Assembly: GCA_002269645.1 (NCBI GenBank)
Contig: NIVC01000093.1
Location: 186,001-250,000, forward strand
Length of the DNA stretch: 64,000 bases
Reading direction: 5' to 3'
Source: Macrostomum lignano
Lineage: Eukaryota
Made by a program: the position numbers and the translations under genes. Positions 38,710 to 50,415 of this stretch are shown here, piece by piece. Numbering within the stretch: the first letter of the stretch is position 1; each line of letters starts with the position of its first letter. The notes under the pieces were generated by a model. It saw nothing but the letters and a program-made list of their open reading frames with translations. It was not told where the DNA came from and ran no database searches.

Positions 38710-41700
38710 ATGCTTTTTCTTGCACTTCCTCTCGCCGTAATTTTTCCTTGCTTAATCGCCACTGCAAACACTGGCTCAATGTGCAAGTCAAACTGCCCAG
38801 TTTACGTTCGGGCCCCTGATACTGTTTGCGGCGCTGACGGCAAACAGTACTACGACAAGTGTAGAGCAATGTGCGCAGGAGTCAAGGTGATACCATGCCC
38901 AAAAAAGCCACCGTGTATTTGTATAAAGATTTACAAGCCGGTGTGCGTTAAGGGAAAGAAAGAGTACGCTAACGCGTGCTTAGCTCGATGCGATGGTGCC
39001 AGAGCTAAGCATATCGTTGACGGTCCTTGTTCAAGACGACCGCCGTGCATCTGTGCCAATATATACAGCCCCGTGTGCGTTAAGGGAAAAGAGTACGGTA
39101 ACGCTTGCTTGGCTCGATGCGACGGTGCAAATCCGAACGACGTATATAAGGGACCGTGCTCGAATCCAAGGTCTTGCGTTTGCACTAAGATCTACCGACC
39201 CGTATGTGTCAAGGGCAAGAAGGAGTATGCCAACGCTTGTTTAGCTCGATGCGATGGTGCCAAAAGTAAATATATCGTCAACGGTCGTTGCAAGAAGCGA
39301 CCGCCTACCTGCGTTTGTACTAAGATCTACCGACCCGTATGTGTCAAAGGCAAGAAGGAGTATGCCAACGCTTGTTTAGCTCGATGCGATGGTGCCAAAA
39401 GTAAATATATCGTCAACGGTCGTTGCAAGAAGCGACCGCCTACCTGCGTTTGTACTAAGATCTACCGACCCGTATGTGTCAAGGGCAAGAAGGAGTATGC
39501 CAACGCTTGTTTAGCTCGATGCGATGGTGCCAAAAGTAAATATATCGTCAACGGTCGTTGCAAGAAGCGACCGCCTACCTGCGTTTGTACTAAGATCTAC
39601 CGACCCGTATGTGTCAAGGGCAAGAAGGAGTATGCCAACGCTTGTTTAGCTCGATGCGATGGTGCCAAAAGTAAATATATCGTCAACGGTCGTTGCAAGA
39701 GGCGACCGCCTACCTGCGTTTGCACTAAGATCTACCGACCCGTATGTGTCAAGGGCAAGAAGGAGTATGCCAACGCTTGTTTAGCTCGATGCGATGGTGC
39801 CAAAAGTAAATATATCGTCAACGGTCGTTGCAAGAAGCGACCGCCTACCTGCGTTTGTACTAAGATCTACCGACCCGTATGTGTCAAAGGCAAGAAGGAG
39901 TATGCCAACGCTTGTTTAGCTCGATGCGATGGTGCCAAAAGTAAATATATCGTCAACGGTCGTTGCAAGAAGCGACCGCCTACCTGCGTTTGTACTAAGA
40001 TCTACCGACCCGTATGTGTCAAAGGCAAGAAGGAGTATGCCAACGCTTGTTTAGCTCGATGCGATGGTGCCAAAAGTAAATATATCGTCAACGGTCGTTG
40101 CAAGAAGCGACCGCCTACCTGCGTTTGCACTAAGATCTACCGACCCGTATGTGTCAAAGGCAAGAAGGAGTATGCCAACGCTTGTTTCGCTCGATGCGAT
40201 GGTGCCAAAAGTAAATATATCGTCAACGGTCGTTGCAAGAAGCGACCGCCTACCTGCGTTTGTACTAAGATCTACCGACCCGTATGTGTCAAAGGCAAGA
40301 AGGAGTATGCCAACGCTTGTTTAGCTCGATGCGATGGTGCCAAAAGTAAATATATCGTCAACGGTCGTTGCAAGAAGCGACCGCCTACCTGCGTTTGTAC
40401 TAAGATCTACCGACCCGTATGTGTCAAAGGCAAGAAGGAGTATGCCAACGCTTGTTTAGCTCGATGCGATGGTGCCAAAAGTAAATATATCGTCAACGGT
40501 CGTTGCAAGAAGCGACCGCCTACCTGCGTTTGTACTAAGATCTACCGACCCGTATGTGTCAAAGGCAAGAAGGAGTATGCCAACGCTTGTTTAGCTCGAT
40601 GCGATGGTGCCAAAAGTAAATATATCGTCAACGGTCGTTGCAAGAAGCGACCGCCTACCTGCGTTTGTACTAAGATCTACCGACCCGTATGTGTCAAAGG
40701 CAAGAAGGAGTATGCCAACGCTTGTTTAGCTCGATGCGATGGTGCCAAAAGTAAATATATCGTCAACGGTCGTTGCAAGAAGCGACCGCCTACCTGCGTT
40801 TGTACTAAGATCTACCGACCCGTATGTGTCAAAGGCAAGAAGGAGTATGCCAACGCTTGTTTAGCTCGATGCGATGGTGCCAAAAGTAAATATATCGTCA
40901 ACGGTCGTTGCAAGAGGCGACCGCCTACCTGCGTTTGCACTAAGATCTACCGACCCGTATGTGTCAAGGGCAAGAAGGAGTATGCCAACGCTTGTTTAGC
41001 TCGATGCGATGGTGCCAAAAGTAAATATATCGTCAACGGTCGTTGCAAGAAGCGACCGCCTACCTGCGTTTGTACTAAGATCTACCGACCCGTATGTGTC
41101 AAGGGCAAGAAGGAGTATGCCAACGCTTGTTTAGCTCGATGCGATGGTGCCAAAAGTAAATATATCGTCAACGGTCGTTGCAAGAGGCGACCGCCTACCT
41201 GCGTTTGCACTAAGATCTACCGACCCGTATGTGTCAAGGGCAAGAAGGAGTATGCCAACGCTTGTTTAGCTCGATGCGATGGTGCCAAAAGTAAATATAT
41301 CGTCAACGGTCGTTGCAAGAAGCGACCGCCTACCTGCGTTTGTACTAAGATCTACCGACCCGTATGTGTCAAAGGCAAGAAGAATATGCCAACGCTTGTT
41401 TAGCTCGATGCGATGGTGCCAAAAGTAAATATATCGTCAACGGTCGTTGCAAGAAGCGACCGCCTACCTGCGTTTGTACTAAGATCTACCGACCCGTATG
41501 TGTCAAAGGCAAGAAGGAGTATGCCAACGCTTGTTTAGCTCGATGCGATGGTGCCAAAAGTAAATATATCGTCAACGGTCGTTGCAAGAAGCGACCGCCT
41601 ACCTGCGTTTGCACTAAGATCTACCGACCCGTATGTGTCAAAGGCAAGAAGGAGTATGCCAACGCTTGTTTCGCTCGATGCGATGGTGCCAAAAGTAAAT

Positions 41701-44261
41701 ATATCGTCAACGGTCGTTGCAAGAAGCGACCGCCTACCTGCGTTTGTACTAAGATCTACCGACCCGTATGTGTCAAAGGCAAGAAGGAGTATGCCAACGC
41801 TTGTTTAGCTCGATGCGATGGTGCCAAAAGTAAATATATCGTCAACGGTCGTTGCAAGAAGCGACCGCCTACCTGCGTTTGTACTAAGATCTACCGACCC
41901 GTATGTGTCAAAGGCAAGAAGGAGTATGCCAACGCTTGTTTAGCTCGATGCGATGGTGCCAAAAGTAAATATATCGTCAACGGTCGTTGCAAGAAGCGAC
42001 CGCCTACCTGCGTTTGTACTAAGATCTACCGACCCGTATGTGTCAAAGGCAAGAAGGAGTATGCCAACGCTTGTTTAGCTCGATGCGATGGTGCCAAAAG
42101 TAAATATATCGTCAACGGTCGTTGCAAGAAGCGACCGCCTACCTGCGTTTGTACTAAGATCTACCGACCCGTATGTGTCAAAGGCAAGAAGGAGTATGCC
42201 AACGCTTGTTTAGCTCGATGCGATGGTGCCAAAAGTAAATATATCGTCAACGGTCGTTGCAAGAAGCGACCGCCTACCTGCGTTTGTACTAAGATCTACC
42301 GACCCGTATGTGTCAAAGGCAAGAAGGAGTATGCCAACGCTTGTTTAGCTCGATGCGATGGTGCCAAAAGTAAATATATCGTCAACGGTCGTTGCAAGAA
42401 GCGACCGCCTACCTGCGTTTGTACTAAGATCTACCGACCCGTATGTGTCAAGGGCAAGAAGGAGTATGCCAACGCTTGTTTAGCTTGATGCGATGGTGCC
42501 AAAAGTAAATATATCGTCAACGGTCGTTGCAAGAAGCGACCGCCTACCTGCGTTTGCACTAAGATCTACCGACCCGTATGTGTCAAGGGCAAGAAGGAGT
42601 ATGCCAACGCTTGTTTAGCTCGATGCGATGGTGCCAAAAGTAAATATATCGTCAACGGTCGTTGCAAGAAGCGACCGCCTACCTGCGTTTGCACTAAGAT
42701 CTACCGACCCGTATGTGTCAAGGGCAAGAAGGAGTATGCCAACGCTTGTTTAGCTCGATGCGATGGTGCCAAAAGTAAATATATCGTCAACGGTCGTTGC
42801 AAGAAGCGACCGCCTACCTGCGTTTGTACTAAGATCTACCGACCCGTATGTGTCAAAGGCAAGAAGGAGTATGCCAACGCTTGTTTCGCTCGATGCGATG
42901 GTGCCAAAAGTAAATATATCGTCAACGGTCGTTGCAAGAAGCGACCGCCTACCTGCGTTTGTACTAAGATCTACCGACCCGTATGTGTCAAAGGCAAGAA
43001 GGAGTATGCCAACGCTTGTTTCGCTCGATGCGATGGTGCCAAAAGTAAATATATCGTCAACGGTCGTTGCAAGAAGCGACCGCCTACCTGCGTTTGTACT
43101 AAGATCTACCGACCCGTATGTGTCAAGGGCAAGAAGGAGTATGCCAACGCTTGTTTAGCTCGATGCGATGGTGCCAAAAGTAAATATATCGTCAACGGTC
43201 GTTGCAAGAAGCGACCGCCTACCTGCGTTTGTACTAAGATCTACCGACCCGTATGTGTCAAGGGCAAGAAGGAGTATGCCAACGCTTGTTTAGCTCGATG
43301 CGATGGTGCCAAAAGTAAATATATCGTCAACGGTCGTTGCAAGAAGCGACCGCCTACCTGCGTTTGTACTAAGATCTACCGACCCGTATGTGTCAAAGGC
43401 AAGAAGGAGTATGCCAACGCTTGTTTCGCTCGATGCGATGGTGCCAAAAGTAAATATATCGTCAACGGTCGTTGCAAGAAGCGACCGCCTACCTGCGTTT
43501 GTACTAAGATCTACCGACCCGTATGTGTCAAAGGCAAGAAGGAGTATGCCAACGCTTGTTTAGCTCGATGCGATGGTGCCAAAAGTAAATATATCGTCAA
43601 CGGTCGTTGCAAGAAGCGACCGCCTACCTGCGTTTGTACTAAGATCTACCGACCCGTATGTGTCAAAGGCAAGAAGGAGTATGCCAACGCTTGTTTCGCT
43701 CGATGCGATGGTGCCAAAAGTAAATATATCGTCAACGGTCGTTGCAAGAAGCGACCGCCTACCTGCGTTTGTACTAAGATCTACCGACCCGTATGTGTCA
43801 AGGGCAAGAAGGAGTATGCCAACGCTTGTTTCGCTCGATGCGATGGTGCTAATCCTAGGGATGTTGTCAAGGGACCCTGCTCGAAGAAACCACCGTGCAT
43901 CTGCCCGCTAATATACAAGCTAGTGTGTGGCGACAAAAAAACTTATTCTAACGCGTGCTTTGCCCGATGCGCTGGAGCCAAGCGCATTACTAATGGTCCC
44001 TGCTTATGTGCGTGTCCGAGAATCTACAGGCCAGTGTGTGGCAGTGACACTAAGACCTACGGCAATCTGTGTCTGGCTCGATGTGCTGGAATCAAGGAAG
44101 TCACTGAGGGGCCCTGCTGCAGGCCGTGCGCTGTCAGATGCGCCAACATATATAAGCCAGTATGCGCTGATGGAGTGACCTACAGGAATCGCTGCATGAC
44201 CGTCTGTCTGTGCCCGCAGCCGAAGTCTATCGTGCCTGGAGAGTGTCGAAAAGATTGCTAG
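38710..44261 (+). CDS. Giant secreted multi-Kazal protein, about 41 domains (Kazal gene 2); as assembled has a -1 frameshift near 41383 and a CGA>TGA stop at 42486-42488
   Basis: Signal peptide, 3 unique Kazal domains, 35 x 135-bp units (CVCTKIYRPVCVKGKKEYANACLARCDGAKSKYIVNGRCKKRPPT), then 3 unique domains ending [18 protein letters not shown]. ORFs 41364-42488 and 43923-44261 are in the same frame. Confidence 0.88.
39175..43848 (+). repeat. Coding tandem array: 35 copies of a 135-bp Kazal unit
   Basis: Unit starts at 39175, 39310 ... 43764 (34x135 minus the 1-bp deletion). Apart from the two lesions, copies differ only at about 4 sites (tgt/tgc, aaa/aag, L/F, K/R). Confidence 0.97.
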
Positions 44262-45027
44262 GGACGCTAAAATATATTTATAGCGACTTATTAGAAACGG
44301 ACTCAATATGACGGTAGTGGGGTTTAGGTAGTTTTTATTAAGGTGTCTTGGTAATCTTAAAATATACTTTCTCTCTGAAGCAAATTTATGCTTATATTAA
44401 GTGCAAAAAAATCCTCCATTTTTCCTCCATTTTTGTCTCAATTGGTGCCGTACTAAATAATTTACTCCATGATGGTTATAGACGCCTAATTCTCTACCTG
44501 GCTGCAACGTGTCAATGGGAAAGACTCTGTCGAATGCAAAGTAAAGACTGAGTGAGGTTCATCGACTTCAGTCAGTTCTTGTCACTGTCATTTTCTGAAA
44601 CTTTAGTCGATTTCAAGCGTTCAAGAAAAAATATTTTGCCAAAAATAACGCCGACTCAGCGGCCGCGATACCAACCCTGGTTTAAAACCAGTTAAAGTCA
44701 GTCACCTGCCTCAAACTGATGCAAAAAACTCAAGCAATCGAATCAAACAGCGATTCGGTTTTAGCTAGAGTCGGAAAAAATTAATCTAATTGCGAGCTCC
44801 TATGCTGAGAAATCGATAGCAAATTTTAGCAATGATATTTCCCTGTGCATGCGCTTTTATTTATTAAAGTGTTTTATTGAAGCAGTTGAAAAGAAAAACA
44901 CGTACTGAGGAGGCGACGCTGAGGCAGTATAGTTTAATTGTGAAAAAGTATTGAAGAATAAACTCAGCATAAAACTTTCTTCACGAGTTTGTTTCAGAAT
45001 TAAAAGTGGCGAATACTGGTGGGTGCA

Positions 45028-45864
45028 TTAATGAATTTCTGATTCAAGCTTGGCCTTGCACTCTCCCGGCACGATCGACTTTGGCCGCGGACACAGGCAG
45101 GTAGTCGAACAGCGATTCCTGTAGGTCATTCCATCAGCGCAGACTGGATCGTAGATGTTCGCGCATTTGACGGTGCACATTGGACAGCAGGCACCGCGGG
45201 TAACTCGCTTGACACCAGAGCAGCGAGCCAGGCACTTATTCGGATAGGTGACATTGTCACTGCCGCACACTGGCATGTAGGATCTGTGACAGCGACACTT
45301 ACATTGTCCGTTAGTAATGCGCTTAGCTCCTGCACATCGAGCAAAGCATTTATTCGAATACTTCTTGCCGTCGCCGCACACAGGCTTGTAGAAACTACGA
45401 CAGCGACACTTACATTGTCCGTTAGTAATGCGCTTAGCTCCTGCACATCGAGCAAAGCATTTGTTCGAATACTTCTTGCCGTCGCCGCACACAGGCTTGT
45501 AGACCAGCGGGCAGAAGCACTGGGGCTTTCTGTCTGGACAGCGACCGTCTTCGATCTTTTTGGCTCTCATGCAGCGAGCAAGGCACTTGTTATTGTAGTT
45601 TTTACCGTCCCCGCACACTGGAGCGTAGATTTCTGGACAGCCGTCAGAGCATGACTTTTTTTTCGGACATCGGCCCTTGGTAATAGCCTTGGCTCCGGCG
45701 CACTTGGCCCGACACTCGTCCATGTATAGTTTGCCGTCCCCGCATACAATTGGCGGCGTTGCAAAGTAGACCGGGCAGCGATAGTTGCAGCCTTGCTCGA
45801 TTGAAACTGCGCCAAAGTACAATGAAGAGAATACTAACATTATAATGGTCTGTAGCACAGCCAT
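45028..45864 (-). CDS. Secreted multi-Kazal inhibitor, 6 domains (Kazal gene 3), intronless
   Basis: Signal peptide MAVLQTIIMLVFSSLYFGA; six Kazal motifs including a near-perfect internal duplication ([32 protein letters not shown] twice); ends [14 protein letters not shown]. Confidence 0.93.
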   Translation of the reverse strand: MAVLQTIIMLVFSSLYFGAVSIEQGCNYRCPVYFATPPIVCGDGKLYMDECRAKCAGAKAITKGRCPKKKSCSDGCPEIYAPVCGDGKNYNNKCLARCMRAKKIEDGRCPDRKPQCFCPLVYKPVCGDGKKYSNKCFARCAGAKRITNGQCKCRCRSFYKPVCGDGKKYSNKCFARCAGAKRITNGQCKCRCHRSYMPVCGSDNVTYPNKCLARCSGVKRVTRGACCPMCTVKCANIYDPVCADGMTYRNRCSTTCLCPRPKSIVPGECKAKLESEIH

Positions 45865-46639
45865 TTTAAAATGGTAAAGCTTTTTATGGTTTAAAAAGAT
45901 GATATATTGTATAGCTTTGGTTTTGCTTGAGTCGAATTTCCAACCAATTTATATACATTTTATTGGTTAATTATGCAAGACCTTCCCGTTCTTGCAGCAA
46001 CGTGCTTAAACCGAAAATTTTGACACTCATATACGAGTACGTTTCTGTGCAGCAGATGGTGATACATGCAGTGCAATAAAACTTTCCTTTTTGACTTGAG
46101 CCCTAACACTAAGGTAGATAGCCTAATTTTTCAGGGTTTTCTAGGGCACGTGCAGTGTCTTGCTTTTAGTAACCGTGCATTTATTAAACAATCAATCAAA
46201 AAGCAAGCATGCAATATTATGTAACCGTTAGTCAGGGTCAGTAAAGTGCCAATGCTTTATGCGCATTATGTCGATTAACTATAGGCACGCATAAGCAGGA
46301 AACAGTGAAATATCAACAGATTTATTAATACTCAATGCGCACGCTCAGGGTAGATGAATACAGTAAAAATAATTACAAAAAGCTAGTGAATAATAATTCT
46401 ATTTTAATATACTATATTACTATAATATTAATTATTATTCGACGTAACGAGAATAAATATTTTTGAAGTCAATATCAAGCCTCACGGCAGATGCTTTCTG
46501 GTTTGTGTCGTGTCTTTGCTGAATTTTGTTAGAAGTTCCATTGTCTCTGTCTTCTTGAGTCATTAGGTAAAATACTTCATCCTCTGCAGTAATTTTTTTA
46601 ATTAAAAACTTTATCCAAGATTTCCCATTAAAATTTATC

Positions 46640-47180
46640 ACAGTTAGAACTGTAAAACTTCCAAGGACATTTAAACAGGAATTAATTGAACTTCATTTTC
46701 TACCCCCACATAGCACTTTGGGCAGGTCCCGTTCTCGTGAGGGATCTTTGGACTTGCAGTCCTCATTGTTTCGCAGGCCAGTTTATGATTTGCTAATCTA
46801 AACTGTGACAGGGGGGCGCTTTAATTCTGGATTGCAAATTTCTAGGACAATACTTCAAAGTACTTTTGGCTGACTTGTAGAATTGCCTGACAAGATCTGT
46901 AATTGATCCTCTCGATTACTAGACTTCGGTCCCAGGGTCCAAGGTTCCAGGAAATGAATGCCCCCCAGGCCTTAGAGGCGAAAAAACAGTGTCCTTTTAA
47001 CCATGGCTGTGCAAAAGAGAATGAGTTGACGGTGCTTTACTGTTCCAACACCAACTGATTTTCTTTGAAGCATTATGGGATAGCCGCACTTATTGCTAAT
47101 TCTACTGCGTGAGCATCCCTTCGTGTTCCGATGAAATCCCAGAAATTTCCACTCATGAACTGCTTCTAATACAGTTGGCC
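46640..47180 (-). mobile_element. Degenerate non-LTR retrotransposon (LINE) ORF2 3' end
   Basis: Minus strand reads LSQFRLANHKLACETMR...IPHENGTCPKC...ENEVQLIPV, the LINE C-terminal R.S.H.L..E.GR...R.C..C...EDE.H zinc-knuckle region; contains stops. Confidence 0.55.
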
Positions 47181-48900
47181 CTTTAGTTAGCTTTGTTTTC
47201 GGAAAGTTTATCTCCAGCTGTGATTCTGACAGAATTCAGATATGTGTCAGGGTTTTTTTCGGTAGCTCCACTAGGTCCCCACTGACTATGACCAGGCCAT
47301 CGTAGTATAGTAGATCGTTTACCTCCATTTGATTTACTTGACTTAGCTGCAGGGGGGTCCGAAGACGCAGCGGGGAGGCGAGCGTCGCCCATTCCGCTAA
47401 TCCCTGAAAAGCCCGCATAGGCTAGGGCGCGGGGCCGGTCAGGGAGGTCTGTCGGTCCTGTCTGCAGCGTTGCCTTCAGTGGGGAAGACGGAGGCTCGTT
47501 TGGTAGCCTGTAGGAACCGGATGAGCCGTGGGATGCTCTTGGGCCGGCAAGCGTCGTCCAGGGACGGGTTGGGCCCGAGGTAGTTGAGCCGGTCTCGGTT
47601 GAAGGCCGGACAGTAGCAGACAAAGTGCTCGGCGTCTTCGTTTTCGAGGTTGCAAAAGGGTTAGAGTTCGCTCTGGCGAACGCCTCGGAGGAAGCAGTGC
47701 CTGGCAAAGCAACCGAGACCTGTGAAGGTCATACTTTTACCTCCTCATTCATGATGAAAGTTTTTTTGTGGAGCAACCTTTAAACGCCGAGGGGAGTGAC
47801 CCTATTTGTAATAGTGCGTCCTGGAAGCTGTCCACTCATATTTTGACTTGAAACTTTGCCTCTGAGTACATACCGTCTATTACATGAATGATTACTAACT
47901 AACATTGAGGTCTTTAAGTCTTCAAGTGACGTATCTACGATTACAGTAAGTTGACAATTTAAATCTGCCGCTTCAGTGGAGATACTGGTCCCGCGATTTT
48001 CGGGATAAGAAAACTTGCTTGGGAGGTAGCTCTAAGACCATTTTCCCGAGAAAAACTAGGAAATTCAAACCAAGAACTAAGATTTGCTTAATTAATTTAT
48101 TTATTAGATATGATCCTTGTTTAAAAGGTAATACTGCTGTTGCTTGGTTAAAACTGTCGGTTAGAACCATAAACCTGTCTCGTAAACGTTACTTTTACAT
48201 CGGATTCCATGGCTACATTGCGATCCGTATTTTTACTATAAAAAATCGATAGGCACTTGGCGGGCCAGAGGCAGCCCTCCCCGCATTAAATAAAGGCCAC
48301 CGAAACAACGGGCACGTGACCTAGGACCGGCCAACCACCACCTAACCAAGCTACGCCGGGTCGGACCAATAGAACTGAGGTCTCAGGAAAATTCAAACGG
48401 ACATGCCAATCAAAAAAAAGATTTAAAATGCGCAATGAAGGGGCTCTTGAGTCCAACAGCTAGACAGTTGCAGTAACGCAGTTTTCCAATTATTCAATTC
48501 AAGATTTGGGTCTTTGTTTTCGTTTAAACACAATTATTTTTCAATATAGAAAAACATAAATTGTGTTGTTAGGTACGTAGTGCTCTATATGCTATTAAAA
48601 GCTATTTTAAGCAGTTTTGTTTTTTTGCCAATTCAGAAAAACCCAAGCTCCATCTGGGTGTTCTGTGTTCTGCTTACTCATTGTCTTTTTAGAGCACGTT
48701 CACACATACTCGCAGTAATTTTGTTGCCTGCCAAAATACCGCAATACAGATGACAAGAAAATATTTAAAATTGTTAGCGAAGAAAACATGTTTACCCGCA
48801 TTGAAAACTATATATACGCGACTGAAAATGGGGTAAAGAATAAGACATCGAGACGCAAAATTGCAAAGACTGATTTCGTACCAATTTATTTAAAAAAACC

Positions 48901-50415
48901 ATGATTCGACTCGTCCCAGTTCTGCTGGGCCTGCTGTTCATCTTCCAGAGCTCCGAGGCTCAAACAAAGCCTTCGTGCGAGTCAAGCTGTCCAGTGTACG
49001 TTCGAGCTCCCGACCCCGTATGCGGGGCCGACGGAAGAAAGTACTACGACGAGTGCCACGCCAAGTGCGCTGGCGTTGAGGTTGTCCCTTGTCCGACGAC
49101 AACGACTAGGCCAACGCATATTCCGCCGCCCAAAACGACTAGGCCAACGCGTATTCCGCCGCCCAAGACGACTAGGCCAACGCGTATTCCGCCGCCCAAG
49201 ACGACTAGGCCAACGCGTATTCCACCGCCTAAGCCAACGACTAGGCCAACGCGTATTCCACCGCCCAAGACGACTAGGCCAACGCGTATTCCACCGCCCA
49301 AGACGACTAGGCCAACGCATATTCCGCCGCCCAAAACGGCTAGGCCAACGCGTATTCCGCCGCCCAAAACGACTAGGCCAACGCGTATTCCACCGCCCAA
49401 GACGACTAGGCCAACGCATATTCCGCCGCCCAAAACGGCTAGGCCAACGCGTATTCCGCCGCCCAAAACGACTATGCCAACGCATATTCCACCGCCTAAG
49501 CGAACGACTAGGCCAACGCGTATTCCACCGCCCAAGACGACTAGGCCAACGCGTATTCCACCGCCCAAGACGACTAGGCCAACGCGTATTCCACCGCCTA
49601 AGCCAACGACTAGACCAACGCGTATGCCAAAGCTTACACCGACAACTACACGAAGGTCATCGTGCGAGTCGAGCTGTCCCGTCTACGTTCGAGCTCCCGA
49701 CCCCGTCTGCGGCTCCGATGGCAAAAAGTACTACGACGAATGTCGCGCCAAGTGCGCTGGCATCAAGGTCGTTTCTTGTCCGACTCCGGAACCCTGCATT
49801 TGCACGATGATCTACAAGCCTGTGTGTGGAGACGGCAAGGACTACGGCAACGAGTGCATGGCTCGTTGCGACGGGGCCGTAGATATTGTCGACGGCCACT
49901 GCCCGACTAAGAAACCGCCCTGCATATGCACGAAGATCTACAAGCCTGTGTGCGGAGACGGCAAAGACTACGGCAACGAGTGCATGGCTCGTTGCGACGG
50001 GGCCGTAGATATTGTCGACGGTCCGTGCCCGACAAAGAAGCCGCCGTGTCTCTGCCCACTAATTTACAAGCCTGTGTGCGGAGACGGCAAAGACTACGGA
50101 AACGAGTGCATGGCCCGCTGTGCAGGAGCCGAGGAAATCGTTGATGGGCCATGTCTGTGCTCCTGTCCGAGGTACTATCTGCCTGTCTGCGGAAGCGATG
50201 GTGTCACTTACAGCAACATGTGCTTCGCTAGGTGCGCCGGAGTCACCTGCACATCGCGCGGGCCCTGCTGTCCGAAGCGGTGCCCAGTCTGTGCCGACGT
50301 CTATAAACCGGTGTGCGTTAATGGCGAGAAAACGTACAAAAACAGATGCATGACCCTCTGCCTTTGCCCGAAGCCGAAGTCAGTCGTACCTGGAGAGTGT
50401 CCGAGAAAAGGATGA
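48901..50415 (+). CDS. Secreted multi-Kazal protein, 7 domains with a Pro/Thr/Arg-rich stalk (Kazal gene 4), intronless
   Basis: Signal peptide, Kazal domain, 15 x TTRPT(R/H)IPPPK repeats, a second copy of the N-terminal-type Kazal, then five more domains. Confidence 0.93.
   Translation: MIRLVPVLLGLLFIFQSSEAQTKPSCESSCPVYVRAPDPVCGADGRKYYDECHAKCAGVEVVPCPTTTTRPTHIPPPKTTRPTRIPPPKTTRPTRIPPPKTTRPTRIPPPKPTTRPTRIPPPKTTRPTRIPPPKTTRPTHIPPPKTARPTRIPPPKTTRPTRIPPPKTTRPTHIPPPKTARPTRIPPPKTTMPTHIPPPKRTTRPTRIPPPKTTRPTRIPPPKTTRPTRIPPPKPTTRPTRMPKLTPTTTRRSSCESSCPVYVRAPDPVCGSDGKKYYDECRAKCAGIKVVSCPTPEPCICTMIYKPVCGDGKDYGNECMARCDGAVDIVDGHCPTKKPPCICTKIYKPVCGDGKDYGNECMARCDGAVDIVDGPCPTKKPPCLCPLIYKPVCGDGKDYGNECMARCAGAEEIVDGPCLCSCPRYYLPVCGSDGVTYSNMCFARCAGVTCTSRGPCCPKRCPVCADVYKPVCVNGEKTYKNRCMTLCLCPKPKSVVPGECPRKG
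49100..49625 (+). repeat. Coding 33/36-bp tandem repeat (TTRPTRIPPPK x15) in Kazal gene 4
   Basis: Seen directly. Confidence 0.95.

Noticed and set aside
40064-43911. Alternative-frame MVPKVNISS... ORFs and similar shadow ORFs over other Kazal genes
   Set aside because: Out-of-frame shadows of the Kazal repeats.
47183-47712. 174-aa Ser/Pro/Thr-rich minus-strand ORF
   Set aside because: No recognisable domain or ATG context; it adjoins a LINE remnant and may be retroelement-derived, but I cannot support a call.
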